From the NCBI GenBank assembly GCA_937129365.1, contig CAKZNB010000030.1:9429-73428 (forward strand): DNA of 64,000 bases, given 5' to 3'. The translations under genes were made by a program, and so were the position numbers. The notes below the pieces were generated by a model, which was not told the DNA's origin, did no database searches, and saw nothing but the letters and a program-made list of their open reading frames with translations. The DNA is from an uncultured Flavobacteriales bacterium (lineage in GTDB: Bacteria > Bacteroidota > Bacteroidia > Flavobacteriales_D > CAJJDF01). Shown here one piece after another: positions 47,251 through 56,449 of the stretch (position 1 is its first letter; every line of letters begins with the position of its first letter).

Positions 47251-47988
47251 ATGAAACTCAACACTGTAATTATCGATGACGAACCCAATGCAAGAGAAAA
47301 CTTACAATTACTAATTAATGAGTATTGTCCCGACTTGAATATTGTGGGAATGGCAAGTAATATTAAACAAGGAAAAATATTAATCAATCAGTTTGAACCC
47401 GATTTGGTTTTCTTGGATATTGCCATGCCAGGTGGCGATGGTTTTGAGTTGCTAAAAGAATTTGAAGACAGAGATTTTTCAGTAGTATTTATCACAGCAC
47501 ATTCTGAGTTTGCACTTAAAGCTTTTAAAGCAGATGCGATTGATTATTTACAAAAACCCATTGATATTGATGAGTTACAGAAAGCCCAAGAAAAAGCACT
47601 TAAGTTTTCTTATGCTGATTCTTTGGCGGAAACCAATAGCGATCAGGTTACATCTGAAGATGAAATTGAGAAAATTTCTATACCAACCAGAAGTGGTTAT
47701 ATTTTTATTGAGAATAAGGACATATTGTATTTTAAAGCAAATGAGAATTATACAGAGTTGATATTAGCAGATGGCTCTAAAATATTGAGTAGCAAAACGA
47801 TAAAACGATATGAGGAGAAAGTGAACCCACATATTTTTTATAGAGTCCATAAATCTTTTATCATCAACAAACACAATCATTTGAAAGAATTATCTAGACA
47901 AATGGGAAATTTTGCTGTGATGAGTAATGGAGAGAATATTCCTATTGCAAGAAGAAGATTGACTGATTTTATGAAAGTAATTAGCTAA
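47251..47988 (+). CDS. LytTR-family response regulator
   Basis: VIIDDEPNAREN...VFLDIAMPGGDGFE...YLQKPI receiver domain. C-terminal FYRVHKSFIINKHN LytTR motif. Confidence 0.88.
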   Translation: MKLNTVIIDDEPNARENLQLLINEYCPDLNIVGMASNIKQGKILINQFEPDLVFLDIAMPGGDGFELLKEFEDRDFSVVFITAHSEFALKAFKADAIDYLQKPIDIDELQKAQEKALKFSYADSLAETNSDQVTSEDEIEKISIPTRSGYIFIENKDILYFKANENYTELILADGSKILSSKTIKRYEEKVNPHIFYRVHKSFIINKHNHLKELSRQMGNFAVMSNGENIPIARRRLTDFMKVIS

Positions 47989-48060
47989 GTATTATAACAC
48001 TTTCTTTAATTTGTCTCTACAATTTCTTATATTCATTTTTATTAATTAAATATACAAAAA

Positions 48061-48552
48061 ATGAGCTTAGAAGATATAAGAAGAAAAGCAGAAGCTGCTG
48101 CAAGAGATGCACAAGCAAATCTATCAAGAGATGAAAACGTAGTGAACACTGAAATTGAACAATCGTATAAATTTTTACAAGAAAAAGGAGTTGATACTAC
48201 TTCTATAAACATTGGTTTTGAGGATAATACCTTTAAATTAAATGGAACAGTAGAAACAGGAGAAAAATTACAAACTCTTAATCAAGCGGTTGAAAATTCT
48301 GGATCAGAAAACCCAATAATTAACAATGTTGAGTTGGAAGATTTTACTCCAAAAAATATTACTATGAAAGTGAAAACTAAAGGTAGTAATTTGAATGTGA
48401 GAGCAGGAGCAGGAACTGAAAATGATATTGTAGGAAAATTTGCTAATGGAACTGAAGTTCAATTAGTAAAGAAAGTACAAGAAGATTGGTACTTAATGAG
48501 AAATGGTGAAACTGAAGGTTACTGTCACACAAATTTTCTTACAGCTGAATAA
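48061..48552 (+). CDS. SH3b-domain protein (with possible BON-like middle segment)
   Basis: C-terminal GSNLNVRAGAGTENDIVGKFANGTEVQLVKKVQEDWYLMRNGETEGYCHTNFL is bacterial SH3-like. No signal peptide seen. Confidence 0.5.
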   Translation: MSLEDIRRKAEAAARDAQANLSRDENVVNTEIEQSYKFLQEKGVDTTSINIGFEDNTFKLNGTVETGEKLQTLNQAVENSGSENPIINNVELEDFTPKNITMKVKTKGSNLNVRAGAGTENDIVGKFANGTEVQLVKKVQEDWYLMRNGETEGYCHTNFLTAE

Positions 48553-48573
48553 AAGAGGTTAAGATAATAATAG

Positions 48574-48604
48574 AAAAAGGAGAGTGGTTCACTCTCCTTT
48601 TTTA
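48574..48604. terminator. bidirectional terminator between SH3b gene and recQ
   Basis: Stem ggagagtg (48579-48586) / cactctcc (48590-48597), A-run before and T-run after. The recQ stop codon lies inside the hairpin. Confidence 0.7.
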
Positions 48605-50511
48605 TTGGAAAATAATTCGTGATTTTTATTATAGTTCAATTCGTTAGAATCTAGTTTCCATTGAATTACCTCTAAAACATCTTTTTCTTTATGGTTTGGG
48701 ATAGAAAGAACTAAGGGTTTTAATTTCATTGGACTTTTCTTCAAATTTAATTCAATTTCGGTTTCAATTTTACTAAAAATAGTGTTTGTCAGATTTTTTC
48801 TTTTATTGGTTAAACACACATCACAAGTTCCACAATTTTCAAATTCTGTTTCATCAAAATAGGAGAGAAGAAGTTTACTTCGGCAAATTTTATCCGATTC
48901 ACAATACCGAATCATGAATTGCAGCTGTTCTCCTTTTACTTTTTTTCTGTCAAGATAAATGGATTTTGGAAACTTCAATCTATCCTCATGCAACCTGTCA
49001 ACTATATAAGTTAAGACTGGCTCATGAGATGCGGGTAGAAATTCAACAATCCCAAAAGTCTTTAGTTTTTGTAAAGAGTTTTCTATCTCTTTTACCGATT
49101 TTTTAAGAGAATCAGCCAATTGATTTAGGTTTACTCCAATCAAATTATCAAAAATAGTTTCATGTTTTCTGAGCAACAATTGAATCAATCCTTCGTGCTC
49201 AGGATGTTTCACTTGGTAATTGTAAAGTTCATTGTTGTTTACCTCAAATTTCACTCTGTTTGGCCTTGAAATTGCGTCTGAAACATTAATATATCCCGCC
49301 AAACTCAGAATAGAAATGCTGTGATGTACCTGTATGGGTTCAAAATTAAATTGATTGCAAAAGTCCCCTAAATTAAATTCATAATTTGCTCCTTCACCGC
49401 CACCAATTGCAAGTCGAAAATAATTACCAAGAGCATTGTACACTTTTTTAATTTCCTTTATTTCAGGAAATTCTAACTCATGAAATCTCTCCAGATTCAA
49501 TTTATCACTAGGTTTGTAGAGAAGTGCAGCAAACGATTTTTTGCCATCTCTTCCTGCTCTTCCCGCTTCCTGAAAATACGCTTCTGGCGAAGCTGGCGGT
49601 TCCAAATGAACTACAACTCGAACATCAGGTTTATCAATTCCCATCCCAAACGCATTGGTTGCAACAATGATTTGTGTTCTGTTTTCAATCCAGTTTTGTT
49701 GTTTTCTGTCTCGTTCATCTTGCTGTAAACCACCATGATAATAATCTGCTCTAAATCCATTTGAAGTTAAAAAATTGGCAGTTTCCATCGTTTTTCTTCG
49801 AGTGTTGGCATACACAATTCCGCAACTATTTGTTTTTTTAAGAATTTGTAGCAAACGCTCTTCTTTATTTTCGATTTTCAGCACTAAATAACCCAAATTT
49901 TCACGAACAAAACTCTGTTTGATAATATGCTCTTTATTAATTGAGAGTTGTTCTGAAACATCTAGAATAACTCTCTTATTTGCAGTAGCAGTAACCGCTA
50001 AAAAAGGAATAGACTTATCAATTATTTCTCTCAGCTCTTTTATTTTTTGATAAGCAGGACGGAAATCATGTCCCCATTGCGAAATACAATGCGATTCATC
50101 TACAGCAATCAAATTCACTTTCATTTTAGCAACTCTCACCTTAAAAATCTCTGTCTGAAGGCGTTCTGGTGAAACGTATAAAAATTTGTAATCTCCATAC
50201 ACACAATTGTCAAGAGCAATGTCAATTTCTCGTTTGTTCATACCAGAGAAAATTGCCAAAGCTTTTATTCCTCTTTTATTTAGGTTTTCAACCTGATCTT
50301 TCATTAGTGCAATCAATGGAGAAACCACAATACAAATCCCTTCATTTACCAATGCTGGAACTTGATAACAGATAGATTTTCCTCCACCAGTTGGCAACAA
50401 AGCAAGAGTATTATTTCCATCCAATACCGAGCTAATAATATCCTCCTGAGAATCTCGAAAAGAATCGTAGCCCCAGTATTGTTTTAATATGTCGTGAATG
50501 GTTTGGCTCAT
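48589..50511 (-). CDS. recQ: RecQ-family ATP-dependent DNA helicase
   Basis: 640 aa. LLPTGGGKSICYQ (Walker A), DESHCISQWGHDFRP (DExH), TATA, FGMGIDKPDVR, QEAGRAGRDG, and the C-terminal Cys cluster CRSKLLLSYF...CGTCDVC. Confidence 0.9.
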   Translation of the reverse strand: MSQTIHDILKQYWGYDSFRDSQEDIISSVLDGNNTLALLPTGGGKSICYQVPALVNEGICIVVSPLIALMKDQVENLNKRGIKALAIFSGMNKREIDIALDNCVYGDYKFLYVSPERLQTEIFKVRVAKMKVNLIAVDESHCISQWGHDFRPAYQKIKELREIIDKSIPFLAVTATANKRVILDVSEQLSINKEHIIKQSFVRENLGYLVLKIENKEERLLQILKKTNSCGIVYANTRRKTMETANFLTSNGFRADYYHGGLQQDERDRKQQNWIENRTQIIVATNAFGMGIDKPDVRVVVHLEPPASPEAYFQEAGRAGRDGKKSFAALLYKPSDKLNLERFHELEFPEIKEIKKVYNALGNYFRLAIGGGEGANYEFNLGDFCNQFNFEPIQVHHSISILSLAGYINVSDAISRPNRVKFEVNNNELYNYQVKHPEHEGLIQLLLRKHETIFDNLIGVNLNQLADSLKKSVKEIENSLQKLKTFGIVEFLPASHEPVLTYIVDRLHEDRLKFPKSIYLDRKKVKGEQLQFMIRYCESDKICRSKLLLSYFDETEFENCGTCDVCLTNKRKNLTNTIFSKIETEIELNLKKSPMKLKPLVLSIPNHKEKDVLEVIQWKLDSNELNYNKNHELFSNKKGE

Positions 50512-50835
50512 TGCTTCGATAAAAATAGTCGAGTTAGAGAATTTAAAAAAGGTTAGAGTTCTTTTTCTTCAGTATAGTATGTTTTTTCCGTTAAAAATTT
50601 TTGAAGCCTTGGAAAAAATTTAGGAAAGGACATACGGTTTTTGGCTTTTCGCCAAAAAATACCTTAGAAAAAGCGTCTTTTCTTTTGGTTCGTTTTCTTT
50701 GGACGAGCAAAGAAAATGAATAAGTGTGTTGTAAATTATATCATTGTTTTTTATAAATACTATTTTTAAATTGCCATTCTAAAAGATACAAATTTCATTG
50801 TTTCCTTATTATCTTCGTAAAAACAAATTCAACTT

Positions 50836-51729
50836 ATGCTTACAATTGATCCAAAAGAAATACCTGTACCAAAATTACATCACTATTTATTGGGGGCAGT
50901 TGGTCCTCGTCCCATTGCATTTGCAAGTACAATTGACAAAGATGGAAACAGGAATTTAGCACCATTTAGTTTTTTCAATGTGTTTAGTGCAAACCCACCA
51001 ATTATGGTGTTTTCTCCAGCCCGTAGTGGACGAACAAATACTACTAAAAATACATTTGATAATGTAAAAAAAGTGCCCGAAGTAGTGATTAATATTGTGA
51101 ATTACAGTATTGTGGAGCAAATGTCTTTGGCAAGTTCACCTTTTGAAGCTGATATAGATGAATTTACAAAATCGGGATTAACTCCTGTTGCTTCTGAAAC
51201 CGTAAAACCTTTTAGAGTAAAAGAATCACCTGTACAATTTGAGTGTAAAGTAAACGAAGTGGTAGAACTCGGAACGGAAGGTGGAGCAGGAAATTTGGTT
51301 ATTTGTGAAGTGACAAAAATCCATATTAACGAAGAGGTTTTAGATGAAAACGGAGCAATCGACCAACACAAAATAGATTTAGTTTCTCGAATGGGAGGAA
51401 ACTGGTATTGCCGAGCCAATGCTGAATCAATGTTTGAGATAAAAAAGCCAATTATGACTGTAGGAATTGGTTATGATTCAATTCCAGAAGACATTAGAAA
51501 CAGCTCCATTTTATCAGGAAACGACTTAGGTAAATTGGGAGGAATAGAAGAATTGCCTAATGAAACTGATGTAAACGACCATAAATTAATTGAACTAAGC
51601 GAATTATTCGTAGACTTGGAAGACGAACAAGATAAACTAGAGTTAGAATTACACAAAAGAGCTAAACAAGAATTGAAAGAAGATAAATTGAAAGAAGCTT
51701 GGATGACTTTGTTAGCTTTTAATGAATAA
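50836..51729 (+). CDS. flavin reductase family protein (FMN-binding split barrel) with C-terminal extension
   Basis: GPRPIAFASTIDKDGNRNLAPFSFFNVFS is typical of flavin reductase-like domains. 297 aa. Confidence 0.7.
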   Translation: MLTIDPKEIPVPKLHHYLLGAVGPRPIAFASTIDKDGNRNLAPFSFFNVFSANPPIMVFSPARSGRTNTTKNTFDNVKKVPEVVINIVNYSIVEQMSLASSPFEADIDEFTKSGLTPVASETVKPFRVKESPVQFECKVNEVVELGTEGGAGNLVICEVTKIHINEEVLDENGAIDQHKIDLVSRMGGNWYCRANAESMFEIKKPIMTVGIGYDSIPEDIRNSSILSGNDLGKLGGIEELPNETDVNDHKLIELSELFVDLEDEQDKLELELHKRAKQELKEDKLKEAWMTLLAFNE

Positions 51730-51787
51730 TTGTTAATATCGACTAACATTAATAATAGTAATCTTAATTTGAATTAATACCTTTGCA

Positions 51788-51795
51788 TAATCTTA
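51788..51795 (+). promoter_or_regulatory. -7 promoter box TAccTTTG
   Basis: Exact TAnnTTTG match 21 nt upstream of the ATG at 51816. Confidence 0.45.
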
Positions 51796-51815
51796 AATAA
51801 TATAAAAAATAAGGA

Positions 51816-52184
51816 ATGGAATTAGCAGGAAAAGTAAAAGTAATCTTTGACAAACAAACTTTTGGAAGTGGATTTGAAAAGAGAGAAATAGTAGTTACAA
51901 CTCAAGAGCAATATCCTCAGGATATTAAGTTTGAAGTATATAAAGAAAAATGTGATATGTTGAACAACTTCGCAGTAAACGAAGATGTAACAGTACATTT
52001 TAACCTAAGAGGAAACGAATACAACGGAAAATATTTCGTGAACTTAAACGCTTGGAAAATTGATAAAGGAGCTGCAGGAGCTTCGCCTCAAGGAAATGTA
52101 GTGCCAGATAACGCAGCACCATTACCAACTTCTGAATCACCATTTGATTCTGGAAGTGATGGAGGAGATGATTTGCCGTTTTAA
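51816..52184 (+). CDS. DUF3127 domain protein (OB-fold/SSB-like)
   Basis: GKVKVIFDKQTFGSGFEKREIVVTTQEQYPQDIKFE is the characteristic DUF3127 N-terminus. Acidic DDLPF tail as in SSB proteins. Confidence 0.7.
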   Translation: MELAGKVKVIFDKQTFGSGFEKREIVVTTQEQYPQDIKFEVYKEKCDMLNNFAVNEDVTVHFNLRGNEYNGKYFVNLNAWKIDKGAAGASPQGNVVPDNAAPLPTSESPFDSGSDGGDDLPF

Positions 52185-52202
52185 TTAAGACTCGAATGAT
52201 TT

Positions 52203-52237
52203 AAAAAAGGGAAACGATATATCGTTTCCCTTTTTTT
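52203..52237. terminator. bidirectional terminator (perfect 22-nt palindrome)
   Basis: A6-gggaaacgatatatcgtttccc-T7. Confidence 0.8.
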
Positions 52238-53267
52238 ATGTAAAAATTGTTAGGTTCCCTTTTTCAATGAATTCATCGCCATTTATATCGGTATAGGTTA
52301 AAATCCAAAAGTAAGTCCCATCAGATACAGATTTATTAGAAGATTTCCCATTCCAACCCTTTTCAAGATTCTCACTTTCAAATAATTGCTGTCCCCATCT
52401 ATTGTAAATAGTAAGTTTTGCCTGAACAATATTACTCATTAAAGCAGGTTTAAATACATCATTAATCCCGTCTCCATTAGGTGTAAACACATTTGGCATT
52501 TTCAAAAAAGAGGAACATTTGTTTTCTTTTGAAATTTTCACATCATCCAAATAATAAAAGTTATTACCAGATGAAAGTCTGCAACCTGGGCCAATTATTA
52601 TTGTCGGAACATCTTGATTGGGGGTAAAAGAAAAACTATGTTTAGTCCAATTGCTTGTGTAAGTTCTTATAGTAGTTTCTCCTAATAAACTCCAATTACT
52701 ATCATTGGCAGGGCAGCCAAAAGATAATCCCCCTGAACTTCCAAAAGGAAGATTGGAGCAAGAGGAACTACCAAACATAGAAATAGTAGTGGTTTTATTT
52801 CCAAAAGCGTTCAATACCCAAAAACTAAATGTATAAGTAATCCCTTTTTTAAGAGAATCTGGAAGGCAAGTCCCAATATATTCTTTCAAATTAGGATAAG
52901 CTACTCCACTTTGGAATACTCCATTGAAAAAACCAATATAGCCAACTCCGTCTGGTGGAGCAGCTGGATATGATGCATTAGCAGTTCTGTATCCACAGAT
53001 ATTAAAGTAGTCGGAAGTATTGTTAGAGGCTTGCCTCCAATCATTAACACAATGCATTTTACTAAAAGAGTTGGGGCAACAATTTTTATCCTCAAAAGAG
53101 GGGTTGGGAATAAAAAAATCCTCAGTTCCACAGGGACAATCAATTGTATCAAAACCATCAATCAATAAATCAAAATCATCGTCAATTCCATTGTTGCAGA
53201 TCTCTTGACCATAGGCACTTGAGAATATAGCAATAGAAATTATAAATAATCTTAAATAGAAATACAT
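52236..53267 (-). CDS. secreted protein with Cys-rich N-terminal motif and T9SS type-B C-terminal domain
   Basis: 343 aa with signal peptide. EICNNGIDDDFDLLIDGFDTIDC motif. C-terminal MPNVFTPNGDGINDVFKP...IYNRWGQQLFE...GWNG...GTYFWILTY...GNLTIFT. Confidence 0.75.
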   Translation of the reverse strand: MYFYLRLFIISIAIFSSAYGQEICNNGIDDDFDLLIDGFDTIDCPCGTEDFFIPNPSFEDKNCCPNSFSKMHCVNDWRQASNNTSDYFNICGYRTANASYPAAPPDGVGYIGFFNGVFQSGVAYPNLKEYIGTCLPDSLKKGITYTFSFWVLNAFGNKTTTISMFGSSSCSNLPFGSSGGLSFGCPANDSNWSLLGETTIRTYTSNWTKHSFSFTPNQDVPTIIIGPGCRLSSGNNFYYLDDVKISKENKCSSFLKMPNVFTPNGDGINDVFKPALMSNIVQAKLTIYNRWGQQLFESENLEKGWNGKSSNKSVSDGTYFWILTYTDINGDEFIEKGNLTIFT

Positions 53268-53399
53268 GGTTAGTTAAAGTGTTTTGATAAAGATACTGAT
53301 AAAACCAAGTTACGGTTGCCTCAAAACCTAATTCTACAACAGAATCTAATAATTTGACTAAGAAAATAAGGGATTTTTCAATAATACTAACCAAAACAC

Positions 53400-53407
53400 T
53401 ATCTTTG
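53400..53407 (+). promoter_or_regulatory. -7 promoter box TAtcTTTG
   Basis: Exact TAnnTTTG match 23 nt upstream of the ATG at 53431. Confidence 0.45.
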
Positions 53408-53430
53408 CAACCAAATTCAAAACCATAGAA

Positions 53431-54492
53431 ATGGAGAAGATAATTAGTGGGATTCAACAAATGGGAATAGGAGTTCCTGATGTAGAAAAAATATTTGCTT
53501 GGTACCGAGAAATGTTCGGGATAGATATCAAAGTATTTGAAGAAGCTGCCGAAGCTCCCTTAATGATTGATTACACGGGTGATAAAGTGCAAAGCAGAAC
53601 TGCAACTTTGGCTTTGAGTATGGAAAGTGGAGGTGGATTTGAAATTTGGCAATACACTTCTCGAAATACCGAAAAAGCAGACTTTGATATTCAACTAGGA
53701 GATTTGGGGATTTATAGTTGCAAGATTAAATCAAGAAATGTAAAAGCTACTTTTGATTTTTTGACAAAAAAAGGAGCGGATATTTTGGGAGATATTACCA
53801 AGAACCCTGAGGGAGAGGAAAACTTTTTTGTGAAAGATCCTAACGGAAATATTTTTAATATTGTAGAAGGAAAAGGATTTTTTGTAGATACTAAACATCC
53901 AGCCAAAACTGGCGGAGTTGCTGGAGTAATTTTGGGAGTTTCGGATATGGAAAAATCGCTGAGATTATACCAAGATGTGTTGGGCTATGAAACTATAGAT
54001 TTTGATGAAACAGCAGAGTTTGCATGTTTCAAAGGATTGCCTTCTGGCGGAAAAACATTCAGAAGAGTACAATTATCTCACAAAAAAAATAAAGTAGGTG
54101 CTTTTGCAAAATTATTAGGGCCAACTACTATTGAGTTGGTTCAAGAGATAGGAGGAGACCCAAGAAAAATATTTAAAGATAGATTTTGGGGAGATTGGGG
54201 GTTCATTCACTTGTGTTTTGATGTGCAACGAATGGATTTATTAAAAAAGGATTGTGAAGCAGCAGGATTTCCTTTTACAGTTGATAGTGACAATTCTTTT
54301 GATATGGGCGAAGCTGCAGGAAGATTCAGCTACATTGAAGATCCTGATGGAGCATTAATTGAGTTTGTAGAAACTCACAAAGTGCCCTTAATGAAAAAAA
54401 TAGGTTGGTACATTAATCTTAAAAAGAGAGATCCGGAAAAGAGCTTGCCAACCTGGATGTTGAAAGCGATGAAAATGAGTAGAGTAAAATAA
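53431..54492 (+). CDS. VOC (glyoxalase/bleomycin-resistance/dioxygenase) family protein, tandem modules
   Basis: 353 aa. Repeated VOC-like modules: ISGIQQMGIGVPDVEKIFAWY..., VAGVILGVSDMEKSLRLYQDVLGY..., YIEDPDGALIEFVE. Confidence 0.6.
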   Translation: MEKIISGIQQMGIGVPDVEKIFAWYREMFGIDIKVFEEAAEAPLMIDYTGDKVQSRTATLALSMESGGGFEIWQYTSRNTEKADFDIQLGDLGIYSCKIKSRNVKATFDFLTKKGADILGDITKNPEGEENFFVKDPNGNIFNIVEGKGFFVDTKHPAKTGGVAGVILGVSDMEKSLRLYQDVLGYETIDFDETAEFACFKGLPSGGKTFRRVQLSHKKNKVGAFAKLLGPTTIELVQEIGGDPRKIFKDRFWGDWGFIHLCFDVQRMDLLKKDCEAAGFPFTVDSDNSFDMGEAAGRFSYIEDPDGALIEFVETHKVPLMKKIGWYINLKKRDPEKSLPTWMLKAMKMSRVK

Positions 54493-54567
54493 GAAGAAAG
54501 AAACAAGAAGCAAGAAACTAGAGTCAAGAATATTACCTGAAGTAACATAACTAAAATTCTAAAAGAT

Positions 54568-56079
54568 ATGTCAGAAAGAGTTAGAGTAAGATTTGCACCA
54601 AGTCCAACAGGGCCACTTCACATTGGAGGAGTAAGAACAGCCTTGTTCAATTATTTATTTGCCAAAAAACACGGAGGAGATTTCATTCTTCGTATTGAAG
54701 ATACGGATCAAAAAAGATTTGTAGAAGGAGCAGAAGAATATGTAATTAATTCATTGAATTGGGCAGGAATTCCTCACAATGAAGGTCAAGGAGTAGGAGG
54801 AGAATATGGTCCTTACAAGCAAAGCGAAAGAATGCATTTGTACAAAGAATATGCAGATTATTTGTTGGAAAACGACAAAGCATATTATGCATTTGATTCT
54901 TCTGAAGAATTGACAGAAGCTAGAGAAAGAAGTCAGAAAGAAGGAAAAACATTTGCTTATGATTCAATTACTCGTCAGTATTTGAAAAACTCAACGAGTT
55001 TATCGGCTGATGAAGTAAAAGAAAGAATTGATAATGGAGAAGCTTATGTAATAAGAATGAAGCTTCCGAGAAATGAAGAAGTAAGATTTTATGATGAGAT
55101 CAGAGGATGGGTGATTGTAAATACGGCTAATATGGATGATAAGGTATTGTACAAATCGGATGGTTTACCAACTTATCATTTAGCTAATATTGTTGATGAC
55201 CATTTGATGAAAATTACGCATGTTATTCGTGGAGAAGAATGGTTACCATCTGCACCACTTCATGTGCTGTTATACAAATATTTAGGTTGGGAGGACTCTA
55301 TGCCTAAGTTTGCTCACTTGCCTTTGATTTTAAAACCTGACGGTAAAGGAAAGTTGAGTAAAAGAGATGGAGTAAAAGGAGGATTTCCTGTATTTCCTTT
55401 GGAGTGGAAAGATCCTGCAAGTGGAGAAATTTCTGCAGGTTACAGAGAGGATGGGTATTTCAAAGAAGCTTTTGTAAATATGCTGGCTTTCTTGGGATGG
55501 AACCCAGGAACAGAGCAAGAGATATTTAGTTTAGATGAATTGGTTGAAGCTTTTTCATTGGATAGAGTTGGAAAATCAGGTGCTAAATTTGACCCAGTAA
55601 AAACTAAGTGGTACAACGAGCAATTTTTGAGAATGAAATCTAACGAAGAGTTAGCTTCATTATTAAAGCCATTAATTGATTTTGAAGTAGAAGATGGGTA
55701 TTTGGCTCAAGTTTCAGAATTATTGAAAGAGAGAGCTGTTTTTGTCTCGGATATGACGGAAGATTCATTTTATTTTGAAGCTCCTACAGAATTTGATGAA
55801 AAGACTATCAGGAAGAAGTGGAAAGAAAATACTCCTTCAATCATCGAGGCAATGATTGCTAAATTTGAAGGAATTCAAGATTTTTCTTCGGAGAATGTTG
55901 AGGTTGCTTTTAAGCAGTATTTGACTGATAATGAGCTTGGAATGGGTGCTGTTCTACCAAATTTTAGAGTATTAGTTACAGGAAAAGGAATGGGGCCTTC
56001 TATGTTTCAGATTGCAGCTATACTTGGAAAAGAAGAGACTTTGAATAGGCTAAAATCTGGTTTACAGAAGTTTAAATAA
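54568..56079 (+). CDS. gltX: glutamate--tRNA ligase
   Basis: RVRFAPSPTGPLHIGGVRTALFNY (HIGH) and KLSKRDG (KMSKS-type) motifs. 503 aa. Confidence 0.95.
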   Translation: MSERVRVRFAPSPTGPLHIGGVRTALFNYLFAKKHGGDFILRIEDTDQKRFVEGAEEYVINSLNWAGIPHNEGQGVGGEYGPYKQSERMHLYKEYADYLLENDKAYYAFDSSEELTEARERSQKEGKTFAYDSITRQYLKNSTSLSADEVKERIDNGEAYVIRMKLPRNEEVRFYDEIRGWVIVNTANMDDKVLYKSDGLPTYHLANIVDDHLMKITHVIRGEEWLPSAPLHVLLYKYLGWEDSMPKFAHLPLILKPDGKGKLSKRDGVKGGFPVFPLEWKDPASGEISAGYREDGYFKEAFVNMLAFLGWNPGTEQEIFSLDELVEAFSLDRVGKSGAKFDPVKTKWYNEQFLRMKSNEELASLLKPLIDFEVEDGYLAQVSELLKERAVFVSDMTEDSFYFEAPTEFDEKTIRKKWKENTPSIIEAMIAKFEGIQDFSSENVEVAFKQYLTDNELGMGAVLPNFRVLVTGKGMGPSMFQIAAILGKEETLNRLKSGLQKFK

Positions 56080-56183
56080 GAATTGGTTTTATCAAATGTT
56101 AAAATTTGATAACTTTTGTTAAACGGACACAATAATCCACCTTTTTAAGCGTAAATTAGTACGTAACAAAAAAGGCAATTACC

Positions 56184-56369
56184 ATGTTAGAACTAAGCAA
56201 AACTATTCTCAGTAAAATCAGTTTCGACAAATATTTATTTAAAAAAGAACTAAAAAAAGCAGTTAAATGGGTGAAACCAAACGAAGCTTTAGTGCTTAAA
56301 GTTTGGTGTTTGGCTCAGTTTGGACATTTATATTCAGATGTAATTCTTGAAGTGTTTGATGCAAATTAA
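56184..56369 (+). CDS. small hypothetical protein (61 aa)
   Basis: ORF bracketed by a weak hairpin after gltX (56089-56112) and a strong terminator at 56393-56427. No motif recognised. Confidence 0.4.
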   Translation: MLELSKTILSKISFDKYLFKKELKKAVKWVKPNEALVLKVWCLAQFGHLYSDVILEVFDAN

Positions 56370-56392
56370 ATAACCGCTTAATATTAAAAAAT

Positions 56393-56427
56393 AAAAAGGG
56401 CTAGTTGAATTTCAACTAGCCCTTTTT
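56393..56427. terminator. bidirectional terminator
   Basis: A5-gggctagttga-att-tcaactagccc-T5. Confidence 0.8.
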
Positions 56428-56449
56428 ATTTTAGTTATAATTTTTATTC

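Noticed and set aside
53182-53460. 92-aa minus-strand ORF spanning the 53268-53430 intergenic region.
   Set aside because: It overlaps the 5' ends of two well-supported divergent genes and contains their promoter boxes. No motif is present.
54493-54567. Purine-rich tract aagaagaaagaaacaagaagcaagaaac between the VOC gene and gltX.
   Set aside because: It is short, non-periodic and has no pairing partner. It is most simply a spacer or an extended ribosome-binding region.
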